64,000 nucleotides of DNA from Ostreococcus lucimarinus (lineage: Eukaryota). Location: NCBI GenBank assembly GCA_000092065.1, contig CP000596.1; one strand, given 5' to 3'. Below the pieces are notes generated by a model, which was given only the letters and a program-made list of their open reading frames with translations, searched no databases and was not told the origin of the DNA. A program made the position numbers and the translations under genes. This document shows, piece after piece, positions 39,775-50,850 of this stretch (positions are counted from its first letter, which is position 1; every line of letters starts with the position of its first letter).

Positions 39775-40596
39775 TCACTTTCCTCGACCACCGCGCGCGC
39801 CTCGGCGCCCACCGCCTCGGCGCCCGCCGCCACGCCCGCCGCGCACGTGAGCCTTGCTCGATAAATCGCGCGCCAAGCCGTCGATCGACGCATCGTGTGC
39901 TAATTCTAATTCTAACGCCTCGTCATCTATGACCGCCCCCGGCGTCGGCTCGAATCGCCACAAATCCACGGCGATTTCCACCGACTTTTCCCTGTGGTGC
40001 CCGTACGTCGCCGGCAAGTCGTACTTCAACTGCGCCAACACCTCCGCCTCGCGCGCGTGAAACCTTGTCTTCGCCACTTTCTCTATGTGCGCCCTCGTCG
40101 ACGTCTTGTGTAAGCTATAAATCGCCCCATCCGCAATCTTAAACGCCGCGCGGAGAAACGCCACGTCGGCGCCGCCGCGCCACGCGCCGAACGGCGGATT
40201 CATCAACACCGTGTCGCACCTCTTCCCCCCCCGCCCCATCCGTCGTCCACCGAGCGTCCAACTCCCATCGATCACGTCCCCGCACACCAGTTCCACCTCC
40301 AGCGCCGGTTCAAACGCTCGCAAGTTCTCCGCGCACCGCGTCAGCGCGTCCTCGTCCACGTCCACCCCCACCACCACCGCCGCGTCGCACAGCGTCGCCG
40401 CGACGCTCAGGATCCCCGTCCCGCACCCTAAATCCACGACGAACTTCCCCTCGACGTCCCCTCGCGCGCGCGCGCCGTGCAGCACGCCCGCGGCGAGCGC
40501 GGCGTTCGTCGGGTACTGCTCGAGTCGCTGTTTCGGCGTCGCGAACGTCTCGTCCACGTTGGCGCTCAGCGCGCTCTCGAGCTGACGCGCGCGCAT
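39775..40596 (-). CDS. METTL5: METTL5-like rRNA N6-adenosine methyltransferase
   Basis: [39 protein letters not shown] and [16 protein letters not shown] are collinear with METTL5. C-terminal RGG tail. Confidence 0.8.
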   Translation of the reverse strand: MRARQLESALSANVDETFATPKQRLEQYPTNAALAAGVLHGARARGDVEGKFVVDLGCGTGILSVAATLCDAAVVVGVDVDEDALTRCAENLRAFEPALEVELVCGDVIDGSWTLGGRRMGRGGKRCDTVLMNPPFGAWRGGADVAFLRAAFKIADGAIYSLHKTSTRAHIEKVAKTRFHAREAEVLAQLKYDLPATYGHHREKSVEIAVDLWRFEPTPGAVIDDEALELELAHDASIDGLARDLSSKAHVRGGRGGGRRGGGRRGARGGRGK

Positions 40597-40827
40597 CGCG
40601 CGTCACCGCGTCGCCCCGGCGTCGCGCCGCGCGCGCGTCGCGTCGCGTCGCCGCGCGTCCGCGTCTCGCGCGCCGGTCGGTCGGCGCGCGCGGGCGGCGC
40701 GGTCGGTCGCACACGCATTCAGTCAGACACCACATACACCACACACCACACATGGGCGCACACTTCATAATATACGTCACGCGTATCGTGATAGTCTTAA
40801 TCACATCCACAATGCGTTGACTCGCAC

Positions 40828-40841
40828 GTATATCGATATAC
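40828..40841. promoter_or_regulatory. 14-bp perfect palindrome GTATATCGATATAC in an AT-richer island upstream of HSP70
   Basis: It lies about 110 bp upstream of the HSP70 ATG inside a locally AT-richer stretch (about 40740..40845). TATA-like, possible core promoter. I saw no clear nGAAnnTTCn heat-shock element. Confidence 0.35.
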
Positions 40842-40948
40842 CGATTCCGACGCCGCGCGCCGTCGCGTCGCGTCGCGTCGCGTCGCCGCGGCGCGCCGGC
40901 GCGCCGGCGCGAAGGCGCGGCGTCGGCACAACTTTACGCGCGAGAAAC

Positions 40949-42623
40949 ATGAGCAAGGCCGAGGGACCGGCCATCGGCATCGATTTGGGCACGACGTATT
41001 CATGCGTCGGCGTCTGGCAACACGACAGGTGCGACGCGCGACGCGACGCGACGCCACGGCGACGATCGCATCGCGCGCGGACGGCGCGCGATGGGCGTTT
41101 CGGCGATGCGCGGCGAACGATCGCGGCGCGGGCGCGCGCGATTCGACGCGAACGACGACGGTGACGCGATGGGACGCGAGAAGGAAATATGCGCGAGCGA
41201 ACGGCGGCGCGGGCGCGGGCGACGCGCGGTCGCGCGCGACGGGAGACGCGAGATCGGCGCGCGCCGTCGACACCATCTTTCGAAGCTTCTTGGACGTTCT
41301 CGCGGCTTCGGAGGGCCGTGTGTTGAATTGTATGACGCGGCGAGACGCGCGCGACGTCGGACGTCGGGGGGGGGTCGGGCGATCGCGCGAGGGCGCGCGA
41401 GAGCGCGAGAGCGAAGACTGACGAATGTGTGACGCGTGTGTCTCGTTTGACGCAGGGTGGAGATCATCGCGAACGACCAGGGGGCGCGAACGACGCCGTC
41501 GTACGTGGCGTTTACGGATAGCGAACGCCTGATCGGGGACTCGGCGAAGAATCAAACCGCGATGAACCCGATGAACACGGTTTTCGACGCGAAGCGTTTG
41601 ATTGGACGCAAGTTTTCTGAACCGCAAGTGCAAGCGGACATCAAGGATTGGTCGTTCAAGGTCGAAGCCGGCGAGGCGGACAAGCCGATGATCGTCGTCG
41701 AGTTTCACGGCGAGAAGAAGAAGTTTTCCGCGGAGGAGATTTCTTCCATGGTGCTCGTCAAGATGAAGGAAGTCGCGGAGGCTTACCTCGGTAAGGACAT
41801 TAAGAACGCTGTCGTCACCGTGCCGGCGTACTTCAACGATTCTCAGCGTCAGGCGACCAAGGATGCCGCCGTCATCTCTGGTTTGAACTGCTTGCGCATC
41901 ATCAACGAACCGACCGCCGCGGCGATCGCTTACGGTCTGGACAAGCGCCACGAAGCCAACGGCGCTGAGAAGAACGTTTTGATCTTCGATCTCGGTGGAG
42001 GTACCTTCGATGTGTCTTTGTTGACCATCGAAGAAGGCATCTTCGAAGTCAAGGCGACGGCTGGCGACACGCACTTGGGCGGCGAAGATTTCGACGCTCG
42101 CTTGTTGCAGCACTTCATCGCTGAATTCAAGCGCAAGAACAAGAAGGACATCACGGGCAACCCGAAGGCACTCCGTCGTCTCCGATCTGCTTGCGAACGC
42201 GCCAAGCGTACCTTGTCTTCCACGGCGCAAACGTCCATCGAAATCGATTCCTTGTTCGAAGGCGTCGACTTCTACACTTCCATCACCCGCGCTCGCTTCG
42301 AAGAGCTCTGCATGGATTTGTTCCGCAAGTGCATGGACCCGGTCGAAAAGACGCTTCGCGATGCGAAGATGGACAAGTCGCAAGTTCACGAGGTCGTCCT
42401 CGTCGGCGGATCCACGCGCATCCCCAAGGTGCAACAGCTCTTGTCCGATTTCTTCAACGGCAAGGATTTGTGCAAGTCCATTAACCCCGATGAAGCCGTC
42501 GCCTACGGTGCGGCCGTCCAAGCCGCTATTTTGTCCGGCGAAGGCAACGAAAAGGTGCAAGACTTGCTCTTGCTCGACGTTTCCCCGCTCTCCATGGGTC
42601 TCGAAACCGTCGGCGGCGTGATG

Positions 42624-42655
<32 letters not shown>

Positions 42656-42824
42656 GACAAAGAAGGAACAAGTGTTCTCCACTTACTCCGACAACCAGCC
42701 GGGTGTGTTGATCCAAGTCTTCGAAGGCGAACGCTCCCGTACGCGCGACAACCACTTGTTGGGCAAGTTCGAGCTCTCCGGCATTCCGCCGGCGCCGCGC
42801 GGCGTCCCGCAAATTAACGTTTGC

Positions 42825-42856
<32 letters not shown>

Positions 42857-43328
42857 GTCCGCCGAAGACAAGGGCTCTGGCCAAAAGAACAAGATTACCA
42901 TTACCAACGACAAGGGTCGCTTGAGCAAGGAGGACATCGAGCGCATGGTCCAAGACGCGGAGAAGTACAAGGCTGAGGACGAGGAGCACAAGAAGAAGAT
43001 CGAAGCCAAGAACGCCGTCGAGAACTACGCGTACAACATGCGCAACACCATGAACGACACCAACGTCGGTGGCAAGTTGGATGCGGACGACAAGAAGACG
43101 ATCGAAGACGCCGTCGAGGCCGCGATCACTTGGTTGGACGGTAACCAAACCGCCGAAGTGGACGAGTTCGAGGACAAGCTCAAGGAATTGGAGGGTGTGT
43201 GCAACCCGATCATCAGCAAGATGTACCAAAACGCTAGCGGTGCTCCGGGCGCCGACATGGGTGGTGCTCCGGGTGCTGAAGATGCCGGTGGTGCCTCCTC
43301 TGGCCCGAAGATTGAGGAAGTCGATTAA
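40949..43328 (+). CDS. HSP70: cytosolic heat-shock protein 70, join(40949..41028,41456..43328)
   Basis: Exon 1 [26 protein letters not shown] plus split codon R. Exon 2 [21 protein letters not shown]...[12 protein letters not shown]... ends GPKIEEVD and stop. Joined in phase 2 across a 427-nt GTGCGACGCG...GAAGACTGACGAATG...GACGCAG intron. Confidence 0.9.
41029..41455 (+). other. spliceosomal intron, introner-like (427 nt) inside HSP70 codon 27
   Basis: Exact restoration of the universally conserved HSP70 N-terminus (..[17 protein letters not shown]..). Its composition and 3' module match the other introns of this family. Confidence 0.9.
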
Positions 43329-43500
43329 GTCTTCTCCTCGCGATTCCATTTTTGAGTACTGAAACGAAACGTTGTTCCGCGCCCGTGGCGGAGTTTTAGC
43401 CAGGTTTGCCAGCTTAGGATGCAATCAACACAATATCCATTCACTTAAGTCGCTTCGCTCGTGTCTTCGCACGTTCTTTTTACACAGTCTAATCTCTCGT

Positions 43501-45073
43501 CTACTTGCCGTCGCGCCCAAGCATGGATGCGAGTTGTTGGCGCGTGATCGAAACTCCAGCCCGCTGGTTGCGAGGAATCGGCGTCGCCGTGAATCGTGGC
43601 CGGCTCGCGTTTTCGCGCTCTTCCTCGTCTTCGCGCATTCTCGCAAACTTGCGTTCGTGATACGCGCCTCGGCGTTCGGTCGTCAGGTTGAAAGGTTTGA
43701 TTTCGGTGAGCACGGCGCCCGTGATGGAGATGCGCTTGCGCTTGTTGTCGCGCAAATCAGGAGTTTGCTCGTCTTCTATGGCTCCATACATTGTCGGCGC
43801 TGACGTCCGTCTCGATCGCGTTCGACGCACGGCGTCAGCGGCGTCGTCGACCGCGCGTTCACTCGGCGCTGCGGCTTTGCTGGCTCGCGCCGATGTCAGC
43901 GTCTTCAATACTTTGGACTTGATGGTCGTGTACGGCGGCGCGTACGAGCTCGCTCGGCGACGAACCTTTTCTTTCTCCATCGCTGCTTTCATTTTCTCAA
44001 TCTCCAACAACTCGCGCTCTTCCGTGGTCAATATCTTTTGTTTTATGCGCGTGTTCGTGAATTTCGGGCTTCGAGCCTTCGTCGTCGTCGTCGCGGCTGG
44101 GATCAGCGTCAGATCCTCGTAATCCGTCGTACGTCCCCCAATTTCGAACGCACGAAGCTTTTCTTTGCGCGATCTGAACTTTTCTACCCCAGAATCAGTG
44201 TTTTGCGTGCCCTTGAGCAAGCGAGACGACGCCGCGATGACCTTCGCCGACGTCTTCTTCTTCGCCGCCGACATCACAACCTGCTTATGTTTCGCGATCA
44301 ATGCCGCGCGAGGAACAATGGGTCTTGGTGTCTTCAATATTCTCTTCGCCGGCGTCTGCGACGCAAATCGACTCTTGCGCGCCGATTTCGTCGTCGATTT
44401 CGTCGCGGCTGAAGCCTCCGAGCCGTCCTTCTTCTCGCTCGAACGCGCGAACATCAACGCCAAACGCGGCGACCGACGCACGGGCGTCTTCACATCCTCG
44501 CTCTTCGGCGTCTTTGCCGCACTTCTAACTTTCTTATCCGTGCTCGAACCCGTCACCACCTCCCGTCTCGGCGCGCCCAAGCGTCTCGGCGTCCGTCCCG
44601 GCGTCTCGCCGCCGCGTCTCGCCGCGCTCTTCATCCCCTCCCTCGGCGACGTCCGATCGACGTCCCCTCCCACTCCTCGATTCGCCGGATCGCTCAAAAA
44701 AGCCTGCGTCGCATCCGTGATGGCGACGACCGCGGGCGCACGCCACGAATTCGCCGGCGCCGCGGCCGTTTTGCCGCGCGGCGTCGTCAGTCGCGTCGGC
44801 GCCTCGCTCTCGAAGTACGCCTCGCTCCCTTCATCATCCGACGCGTCGGCGTCGAAGTCGAAATATTTCGGAGCCTCGAATTCCCACCTACGGCGCGTTT
44901 CGCGCGCGACGCGCGTCGTCAGTCATCGTTCGGCGTGGCTGTCGTTGGTCACCGTTTGAAAATCACCGCGGAACAGAAACGGCATCGCGAGCGCGCGAGG
45001 ACGCGCGCGCGATCGAGAAACGAGCTTCGACGCGCGATTTACGACCGGGCACGCACTTGGTCTCGTCTCGCAT
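43501..45073 (-). CDS. TPX2-family microtubule-associated protein (C-terminal TPX2 motif), join(complement(45057..45073),complement(43501..44887))
   Basis: C-terminal ITEIKPFNLTTERRGAYHERKFARMREDEEE matches the TPX2 signature. A 17-nt first coding exon (ATG CGA GAC GAG ACC AA) at a GTGCGTGCCC donor joins in phase 2 to G|TGG GAA TTC.. (WEFEAPKYFDFDADASDDEGSEAYFESE..) after GATGACTGACGACG..CGTAG. The listed ORF starts at a TTG inside exon 2. Confidence 0.5.
44888..45056 (-). other. spliceosomal intron, introner-like (169 nt)
   Basis: On the minus strand: GTGCGTGCCCGG...GATGACTGACGACGCGCG...GCGCCGTAG. Confidence 0.5.
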
Positions 45074-45281
45074 GTCCGGGACGGGCGTCGTGGTGTGCGG
45101 CGCGGCGCGCGCGAGCGAGCGGGACGCGTCGGCGCGGCGAGACCGCGGCGAAGTCGACGGCGCGTCGGCGAATCGCGCGTTACGAGAGAGCTAATGATTG
45201 TTACTACAACAAAACCGAGCGAGACGCGCGCGCGTCCACGAAACGGCGCGGTGAGGCCGCGACGCCGGGACTCGAAGACGC

Positions 45282-46171
45282 TCACAAGAGTTCCATCTCG
45301 GCTTGCAGCGCCTTGAGTTCGGCTTCTTCGTCCGCGGCGATCGCGGGCGCCGGCACGGACGGCAACGGCACGCTCGGCATCGCGGGTTCTTCCTCCAACT
45401 CCCGGGCGAGCTCGGAATCGAGTAATTTGTCTTCGACGTCCAACGCGTCCAACTCGGCCAACTCCTCCTCCAGCTCGTCCTCGTCCAACTCCGCCGCGAA
45501 CCCCACCGGTTGTCCCAACGCCTCCTGCACCTGCCGCATCTGTTCCGTCTGTTCGCTGATCGCATCCATCGTCGCGTCGACGTCCTCGATCTTCGTCTCC
45601 TTGACCATCCTTCGCATCGCGTCCGCCCCGCTTCGCAGCGCTCCGTACGTCTCGCTCGTCGCCTTCGATCCCTCCAGCATGATCACCTGTTCCTGCAGCT
45701 TCAACTGCGACGTCGCCAGCGCGTCTAACTGCGCTTCGTACAATTTTTTCTTCTTCAGGTGCTGCAGCGCTCGTCGTTTGTTTCCCTGTCGATTCGCCTC
45801 GCGCGCGTTCGCCAGCTCCTCCGCGATCTTTCTCGCCATGAGCGACTCCTTCTTCTCCAGCATCTCGAGCGTCTGTTCGTCGTGCGCGCGCCGCGTCCGT
45901 CAGTCTCCCGCGTCGCGTCGCGAAACCGCGCTCGCCGCTCGCCGCTCGCCGCCGTCGTCGCGCGCGCGTTCGCGCCGCGCGGCGACGCGTTCGCGACGGG
46001 ATCTCGTCGCGAATGCGAACGCGACGACTCGACCGCGCGCGTTCCATCGCGACGCACCGTCTTGATCCTGTCGATGGCGTCCATCGGGCTGTGCGCGCGC
46101 GAGTCCGAGGACGCGTTGGACGCGCTCGTCGTCGGGCTCGCGCGACCGTGGCCGAATAACTTGCGAAACAT
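45282..46171 (-). CDS. CHMP6: ESCRT-III subunit CHMP6/Vps20 (Snf7 family), join(complement(46058..46171),complement(45282..45872))
   Basis: Exon 1 MFRKLFGHGRAS..SPMDAIDRIKT (cf. CHMP6 MGNLFGR..DKAILQLK). Exon 2 TLEMLEKKESLMARKIAEELANAREANRQGNKRRALQHLKKKKLYEAQLD.. is collinear with CHMP6 and has an acidic C-terminus. The intron runs GTGCGTCGCGATGG...GGGAGACTGACGGACG...CGAACAG. Confidence 0.75.
45873..46057 (-). other. spliceosomal intron, introner-like (185 nt)
   Basis: Joins the CHMP6 exons in phase 0. The 3' module GGGAGACTGACGG is nearly identical to the one in the carrier gene at 60475..60631. Confidence 0.7.
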
Positions 46172-46281
46172 GACGCGAGGGACGAGGAGTGCGGCGCGGC
46201 GGTGGGCACCGACGAGACGGCGACGCGAGACGACGGAGAGAGATGACGCGCACGAAGAGATCACACGGCGCTCGCGATGAG

Positions 46282-48221
46282 TTACGAATTCATGCTATCC
46301 GCGAGGGCGTCGAAGGCGTTGCGAGCGACGACGGGGGCGGGTTCGGCGAGCTTGGGCGCGGGCGCGGCGCGCTCGCGAGGCGCGGGCGCCGATTTCTCGG
46401 CGGCGGCGGGCTTGTCCTTGGGCGCGGGTGTGTCCTTGGACTTGCCGTCCTTGCCGTCCTTGGGCTCTGGTCTGCCTTTGGCGAAGCGAAATTTGTCGTC
46501 GAGCTCGAGGGAGAGCTTGGTGAGCTCGAGTTCGAGGTCTTTGACGTCGTCGCCGGCGTCCTTGGCGGCTTGAATCTTCTCCTTGAGTTCCTTCTCCTCT
46601 TTGAACTCCTTGCGCTTGACCGCGCCGACGGAGCGCTTGAGATCTTCGGCTTGCCAATCGCGACCGGCTTCCTTGAGCGCCTCTTCGCGCGGGCGAGCGC
46701 CGCCGAAGAGCGAGCTCTTCGCCGCGGCGCCGACGGGGGCGTCGGTGGAACGCTTTTGCAAGTTCAGTTTGGGCCTCGCGGCGCGCTCCTCGGGAGTCGC
46801 TTCGCGGAGTTCTTCCTCTTTGCGCGGGGCGAACGAAGACTTGCGGCCCCATCTGTCGCCATCGGAATCTTTCGGTTCGTCGTATTGCTTGCGCTCGGTA
46901 CGTTCGGGGTTTTCTTCCGAGCGAATCGGAATCGCTTCGCGCGGCTTGTCCTCGACGTACTTGACGTCTACGGGCTTAGCGCCACCGAAGAGCGAGCTTG
47001 AGCCCGCGCTCGCGCTCGTAGGAGCGGCTTCCGAGCGTGGTTTGAGCTGAAGCTTCGGGCGATCGCCTCGCGGAGCGTAACCATCATCCGACGGCGGCTC
47101 GGCGGCGGCGGTGCGAGAACGCAAAGAGCCCCAGTCGCGGTCGCGTTCTTCGCGCGGAGGTCGATCGTCGTATCGCGAATCACGCTCCGGTAACTGTTTT
47201 CTGTCTCTACTCCAGCTGTCGCTTTCATCCGCGCGCGACGGTCCGAGATCCTCACGCGGCGGCCGGTCTGCGAAATCGCCAAATCCCGGTCTGCGCTCCT
47301 CGCGGTCGCCGTAGCGATCGTCGCCGCCGCCGTAACGGTCGCCACCTCTCTCGGCGTAACGGTCGCCAAATCCTGTTGCACGCCTGTCGCCGCCGTAACG
47401 ATCATCTTGCGGCGGCGCGCGACGGTCCGCGCCCCAGTTAGAGCTCGTATCCGCGCGAGAAGGACCTTGCTCTTCGCGAACCTCTCTGTCGCCATATTCA
47501 CCGTCGCGGCGGTCGTCTCGATCGTACCGACCCGGACGACGCTCATCACTGCGATCACCGCCGCCGTAACGATCACCACCGCCGTAACGATCACCACCGC
47601 CGTAACGATCACCGCCTTGGTTGAATCCACCACCGAGACCGACGCCTCCGTCGTCGTCCGGTCGCGAGCTCGGCCCACTCGGCAGCACGACGTCGTCGCC
47701 GCGTCCTCGACCGAACGCCGATCCACCGACTCGTCCCGGAGGCGCGTACGACGACCCACCCGACGCACCCGCGAATTCTGCGAGCGAAAGTTTCACCCCT
47801 TTCGTCTTCTTCTTCGGTTCCTTCACCTTGGCCGCCGCCCCGAGCGACGGAAACGCTCCGCTCGCGTCCGCTTCCGCCGCCTCCCCGCCGAGCGACGGGA
47901 ACGCCTGCGCCGGCACCGCTAACGATTCCACTCCATCGTTTCCTTCCTTCGTCTGCGTGAATCGCGAAAGCGCGCGTCGTTCCGTCAGTGCGCGCTCGTT
48001 TTCGTCGAGTTTAGCTTTTAAAAATCGAGCCCACGTCCGAGCCGCGATCTCCGCGCGAACCGTCTCGACCGCGCCGCGCCCTCGATCGCGCGCCTCGTCG
48101 CCCCGGCGTCTCGCGAACGATGCGCGCGCAATTTCTCCATCATCTCGCGCGCGAATCGCGCGCGCGCGCGCGTCGCGCGCGTCGCGGGCGACGCGCACGC
48201 GTCGCCCCACGGCGCCGCCAT
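46282..48221 (-). CDS. plant-type translation initiation factor eIF4B-like protein (5' structure unresolved)
   Basis: Low-complexity protein with AQAFPSLGG, KLSLAEFAG, (DRYGGG)n, SSLFGGAKP and SSLFGGARP motifs typical of plant eIF4B. A candidate initiator MAAPWGD at 48221 (cf. plant MSKPWGG) is in a different frame from the downstream ..TWARFLKAKLDENERA (cf. AWADEAERA). The main frame opens no later than 47952 after a CACTGACGG..CAG motif. Confidence 0.45.
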
Positions 48222-48533
48222 CGGTCGGGCGTCGTTCGATGCATTTCGCGCCGCCGACGCGCGCGCGACGCGTCGCGCGCGTCCGCGACGCGCGACGCGC
48301 GTCGTGAGGATTTTTCAATCGCGCGCTACGATCGTACCTGTGCGCTCCACGCGCTGGTCGTGCCCCAAGCCATGTTTCGTTGTGCGGGACGATCGGCGCT
48401 GGGTCTTTACGCCGATGCCGGGCCGAAGGAGAGGCGCGGCGGCGAGGCGAGGCGAGGCACGCGAACCGATGTCAAATGAAGGTTTATTATGACAACTGAT
48501 TATGAAAGATGGATGCGTGATGCGCGTGCGCGT

Positions 48534-50639
48534 TTAGGCGGCGGCGAAACCGAGCGCTTGGGCGATGTCGCGCTCGCTGGCGCTCTCGGCGGCGGCGATG
48601 ATGTCGGCGGCTTCGATCGAGTCGTCCTCGGCGGCGTCTTCGGAATAGATGAGAGAGACGGCGCTGGAGGATTTGGAGTGGCGGCGCGCGGGCGAAGGCG
48701 CGAAGGCGTCCGAAGCGTCGCTTTGATTGCGCTCCAACATTTGAGCATACGAGCCGCGAGTGGCGAAATTGACGGTATTCCAACTTGGGACTCGGCCGCG
48801 GGAACCCATGCGGCCGCGACCGCGGAGGTTTTTGCGGAGGGAGGCGACGCACTCGTCGAGGACGAGTTCGATCCCGCACGCGTGCTCGATGGCGGCGAGT
48901 TGCGGCCAGATTTCTTTCTCGCCCATCGTCGCGGTTTCGAACAAGAACTCGCGCGTGGGATTGCTGGCGATGTGTGAAAATTGCTTCCACGTGTACCACA
49001 TCACCGCCGTGGCGTCGCCCTCCCACTGTTGACCGAAGAGTTTGAAGACATCGAAGACGTCGACGCCCGGAATCAAATCCAACACTTGTCGACAGCGATG
49101 TTTCCACTCGCTCTCGATGAAGTACGCCCAGAGGGCCAGCGCGCTTCCGCGCGATGTAAACCACCTTTTCACTCGCAACAGAGGGACGATGTGCGGATTC
49201 GTCTGCGACACGATGAAGTAATTGCAGTTGAAGAGTTCGCGCAAGTTGTCCATGGGCAGATCCGCCTCGAGACTACCATCGCGCCAGCGTCGCGGTCCGA
49301 GTTTTCCTTCTGGGAGCCACGGCACGAAGGCGCCGCTGCGAGATTTTGCCAACAATGGCTGCGGCGGGAACAACGAGGGAAACGCGCACGACGCCGCGAC
49401 GGCTGACCAAAGCACGACGTGCGGCGACGTGAGATAGTTTAACAGTCTCGGTTTTTCCCCAGTCGTCGTTGCACACACACACACACTCAGTATTCTGCCT
49501 CCACTTCGATCGTATGCCTCTTGAAAAGTCAAGTCGCCGAGTAACGCGCGGAGACAGCGCTGGAAAAAGTCAATGTCGTGCAACGCCCCGGTGCGCAAGT
49601 AGTGCTTCATCGCGCTCATCGAATCGTTGCCGCTGAAGAACGTCAAGTCTGGGAGCAAATCCCAAAAGTGCTCTTCGCTGAAGAACTCATCGAGCTCTTC
49701 CTGCGTGCGACTGCCGATAATGGCGGCGATGATGGAGCCGACAGACGATCCGGCGAGCACGCGCGGGAGCAAATGTTTCCGATTCAACGCGCGCGCGACG
49801 CCGACGTGAAACGTTCCGAGCGTCCCTCCTCCGCTCATCATCAGCGCCGTGCGCCCGAAACAATGTCTCGTCTCTTGCAAAAACACCAGCTTTTCCTGAA
49901 TCGTCACCGTTTCGTCCTGAGCGATGCTAAACAGCTGACTTTTCAGCTCGGCCATGTACTGGCGCACCGCCCGAGGCACCGCCGGCGGCTCGGCGTTCGA
50001 TTTCGAAAACCGCACCTTACAATCGCTCTGCAACGATCCCAAATTCCTCAAAATATCAGCTCTGAGCAAGAACATCATCTCTTCCACGTTCCCACTCGCG
50101 CGCTGCGCCTGCAACTGCCTCAACTGTTCATCGATTAACTCGACGTCGTACGACCTCGACCCGCTTCCCCAACCGTCGCTCCGCGTCGTCGCCCGACCTC
50201 CCGCCTCCGCTCGCGCTTCTTCTTCCGCATCCTCGCGTTCGAGTTCCAACGCCGCGTCTTCAAACGCATCGTACGACGTCGCATCTCGCATTCGCGCTAA
50301 GATTTCCTTTCGTTTGCGTCCGTGTCGCCGTCGCGCCGCCGTCGCCGCCGTCCCGTCGCCTCGCGCCGCGAGATACCCCGTCCTCGTCACCGCCACCGCC
50401 ACCGCGACGCACGCGACGACGCGCGCGTACATTTCGTACTCTTGTCTCATCCATCTCCCGCGTCCGGCGCGGACGTACGCGCCGTACGGCGTCCGCGACG
50501 GCGTCGCGCGCGCGGCTGTCCCCGTCAGCATCAGCATCGGCGACGACGTTTTCACGCTTCGCACCGTCTGCGCCACCGCGCGCGCGACGTCGCGCGCCGC
50601 GGACGCCGCGTAGGACACCCCTTCGTCGAACGCGCCCAT
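48534..50639 (-). CDS. SDP1/TGL4-type patatin-like triacylglycerol lipase (DUF3336 + patatin domain)
   Basis: ATG at 50639 (MGAFDEGVSYAAS..). Oxyanion motif GGGTLGTFHVGVARAL, nucleophile GSSVGSIIAA, and the Asp region are collinear with yeast Tgl3/4/5 and plant SDP1. Confidence 0.75.
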   Translation of the reverse strand: MGAFDEGVSYAASAARDVARAVAQTVRSVKTSSPMLMLTGTAARATPSRTPYGAYVRAGRGRWMRQEYEMYARVVACVAVAVAVTRTGYLAARGDGTAATAARRRHGRKRKEILARMRDATSYDAFEDAALELEREDAEEEARAEAGGRATTRSDGWGSGSRSYDVELIDEQLRQLQAQRASGNVEEMMFLLRADILRNLGSLQSDCKVRFSKSNAEPPAVPRAVRQYMAELKSQLFSIAQDETVTIQEKLVFLQETRHCFGRTALMMSGGGTLGTFHVGVARALNRKHLLPRVLAGSSVGSIIAAIIGSRTQEELDEFFSEEHFWDLLPDLTFFSGNDSMSAMKHYLRTGALHDIDFFQRCLRALLGDLTFQEAYDRSGGRILSVCVCATTTGEKPRLLNYLTSPHVVLWSAVAASCAFPSLFPPQPLLAKSRSGAFVPWLPEGKLGPRRWRDGSLEADLPMDNLRELFNCNYFIVSQTNPHIVPLLRVKRWFTSRGSALALWAYFIESEWKHRCRQVLDLIPGVDVFDVFKLFGQQWEGDATAVMWYTWKQFSHIASNPTREFLFETATMGEKEIWPQLAAIEHACGIELVLDECVASLRKNLRGRGRMGSRGRVPSWNTVNFATRGSYAQMLERNQSDASDAFAPSPARRHSKSSSAVSLIYSEDAAEDDSIEAADIIAAAESASERDIAQALGFAAA

Positions 50640-50850
50640 CGCGCGCGCTCGATTCGCGTCGCGCGACGCGCACTGCGGCGTAATCGCGCCGACGCCGACC
50701 GAAAGTTCGTTACGCGTCGGCACCTCAGACGACGACGCGACGTCGCGCGCCGTTCGCGCGCGCCCGAACGTCGCGCGGCGGTGAGAAGAGACTCGCGCGC
50801 GCGTCGCGAGCGCGCGCGCGACGTCGAACGCGCCGCACCGCGCTCGAACG

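Noticed and set aside
40597-40948. A canonical heat-shock element in the HSP70 upstream region.
   Set aside because: I searched both strands of the intergenic region for alternating GAA/TTC triplets. I found only isolated half-sites (TTCataa, gaTTCcg, cGAAgg) and no array of three or more units.
40797-43424. An 875-aa ORF on the minus strand opposite HSP70, and other long antisense ORFs such as 970..2436 (+), 8972..10045 (+), 9394..10767 (-), 31386..32948 (-) and 37969..39402 (-).
   Set aside because: They lie antisense to genes with unambiguous homology, and their translations are Arg/Ala/Gly/Pro-rich low complexity. In 65-70% GC DNA, stop codons are rare in every frame, so ORF length alone carries no weight.
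48222-48318. MKNPHDARRASR... as the N-terminus of the eIF4B-like protein (start of the listed ORF 46282..48318).
   Set aside because: The first roughly 90 codons are Arg-rich read-through of a GACGCG tract with no similarity to eIF4B. A plant-like MAAPWG initiator exists in another frame. The true 5' structure is left unresolved rather than accepting the longest ORF.
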